This document shows, piece after piece, positions 63,442 through 64,000 of a DNA stretch of 64,000 nucleotides. The DNA comes from Candidatus Micrarchaeota archaeon (GTDB lineage Archaea; Micrarchaeota; Micrarchaeia; CABMEP01): the NCBI GenBank assembly GCA_964358895.1, contig CAYHPR010000002.1:30773-94772 (forward strand). The letters are read 5' to 3'. The notes under the pieces are model-generated. The model was not told the DNA's origin. It was given only the letters and a program-made list of their open reading frames with translations, and did no database searches. The position numbers were made by a program, and so were the translations under genes. Every line of letters starts with the position of its first letter. Within the stretch, counting starts at the first letter, position 1.

Positions 63442-63575
63442 GCAGGGGTGGCGGAGCTTGGAAATCGCGCAAGACTTAAGACCTTAAGCGATCTCGCACA
63501 AAACTTTCTTAGAATAAAGTTTGTAGGAGATCTTGTGCCTTAGTGGCTACGTGGGTTCAAATCCCACCCCCTGCA
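63442..63575 (+). tRNA. tRNA-Leu (UAA) with a 49-nt intron at 37/38 (63481..63529)
   Basis: GCAGGGGTGGCGGAGCTTGGAAATCGCGCAAGACTTAAG[49]ATCTTGTGCCTTAGTGGCTACGTGGGTTCAAATCCCACCCCCTGCA. It has a long variable arm and is 85 nt when mature. Confidence 0.85.
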
Positions 63576-63660
63576 TTTCAGAATCTACCCGACGTTTTAT
63601 TGCTTTTAGAGGCGGTAGTCCGCCGCGCTGTAATAATAAGCAAGAATATACATTTTCAGT

Positions 63661-64000
63661 ATGTGTAGGGGATCTCGGCGCATACTATCTGTTTCAGTCC
63701 TAGTTCTTCTATTATTCTTTTTTTTAACACCTGTTGTACACAGTTGTCTCGTTCCAGAAAATGAATCTATCTCGTACATTAGAAGATTGCCTGAGGAATT
63801 GAGAATAGTTTGCAGTGAGCTTAATCCTCTTGATATCTTATTTACTAAGGCTGGTTGTTTAGGTGCTGTCGATCAGTTATGCCTCGATTCAGCAAATCCT
63901 TCTCCACAGGATTTCATAAGTTTCCTTTCACCAAGCGAAGCAAAGATATATGCTCAAGCGATCAAACATTTTGAAGCAAGTAATTCAAAATTATTGCAAG
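63661..64000 (+). CDS. Hypothetical secreted protein, 5' part (runs off window end)
   Basis: Own translation from ATG 63661: MCRGSRRILSVSVLVLLLFFFLTPVVHSCLVPENES..., with a signal-peptide-like N-terminus, open to the window end. Confidence 0.45.
   Translation, partial: MCRGSRRILSVSVLVLLLFFFLTPVVHSCLVPENESISYIRRLPEELRIVCSELNPLDILFTKAGCLGAVDQLCLDSANPSPQDFISFLSPSEAKIYAQAIKHFEASNSKLLQ

Noticed and set aside
1-64000. CRISPR arrays, cas genes and restriction-modification or other canonical defence islands
   Set aside because: I saw no regularly spaced direct repeats and no cas, RM or toxin-antitoxin signatures anywhere in the window.

Overview
AT-rich archaeal chromosome segment. Archaeal markers include aCPSF1/FttA, proteasome beta, Pth2, TruD, RtcA, AglB (WWDYG), Cdc48, an EndoQ-like protein, class-III-signal-peptide pilins and a 16S-tRNAAla-23S operon on the minus strand. 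The compact layout, rich in hypothetical genes, suggests a small-genome (DPANN-like) archaeon; that is inference only. The main feature is heavy interruption of RNA genes. By hand alignment to universally conserved rRNA motifs, the 16S gene spans about 2995 nt and the 23S about 4380 nt. Each carries five insertions, and three of the ten encode LAGLIDADG homing endonucleases. Removing the insertions leaves about 1486 nt and about 2.93-2.98 kb, which are normal archaeal sizes. Six of the seven tRNA genes are interrupted. Glu, Met and Leu each have one 49-nt intron at the canonical 37/38 site. Ala and Arg have an extra intron at the same T-loop position. The initiator tRNA appears to be cut into five exons, including 7- and 8-nt micro-exons. 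Several ORF-less mini-introns share sequence modules, which suggests a mobile mini-intron family. The most interesting single observation is a 14-nt insert in the cis-prenyltransferase gene uppS. It folds as a helix-bulge-helix-loop, and removing it at the canonical endonuclease cleavage positions restores the conserved IIPDGNRRWA motif, so it is a candidate mRNA BHB intron. Other content includes a frameshifted stand-alone TnpB, a PAS histidine kinase paired with a wHTH-REC-degenerate-GGDEF-like response regulator, and an N-glycosylation locus (ferredoxin, B12-radical SAM, methyltransferase, GT4, GT9, AglB, flippase). There are also two pilin-like clusters, a PAP2-polyprenol-kinase fusion, and two conserved genes (uppS, thyX) whose conserved N-termini lack a canonical start codon. 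No CRISPR array or recognisable defence island was seen. All coordinates of RNA features and introns were derived by eye and are approximate, generally within a few nt.
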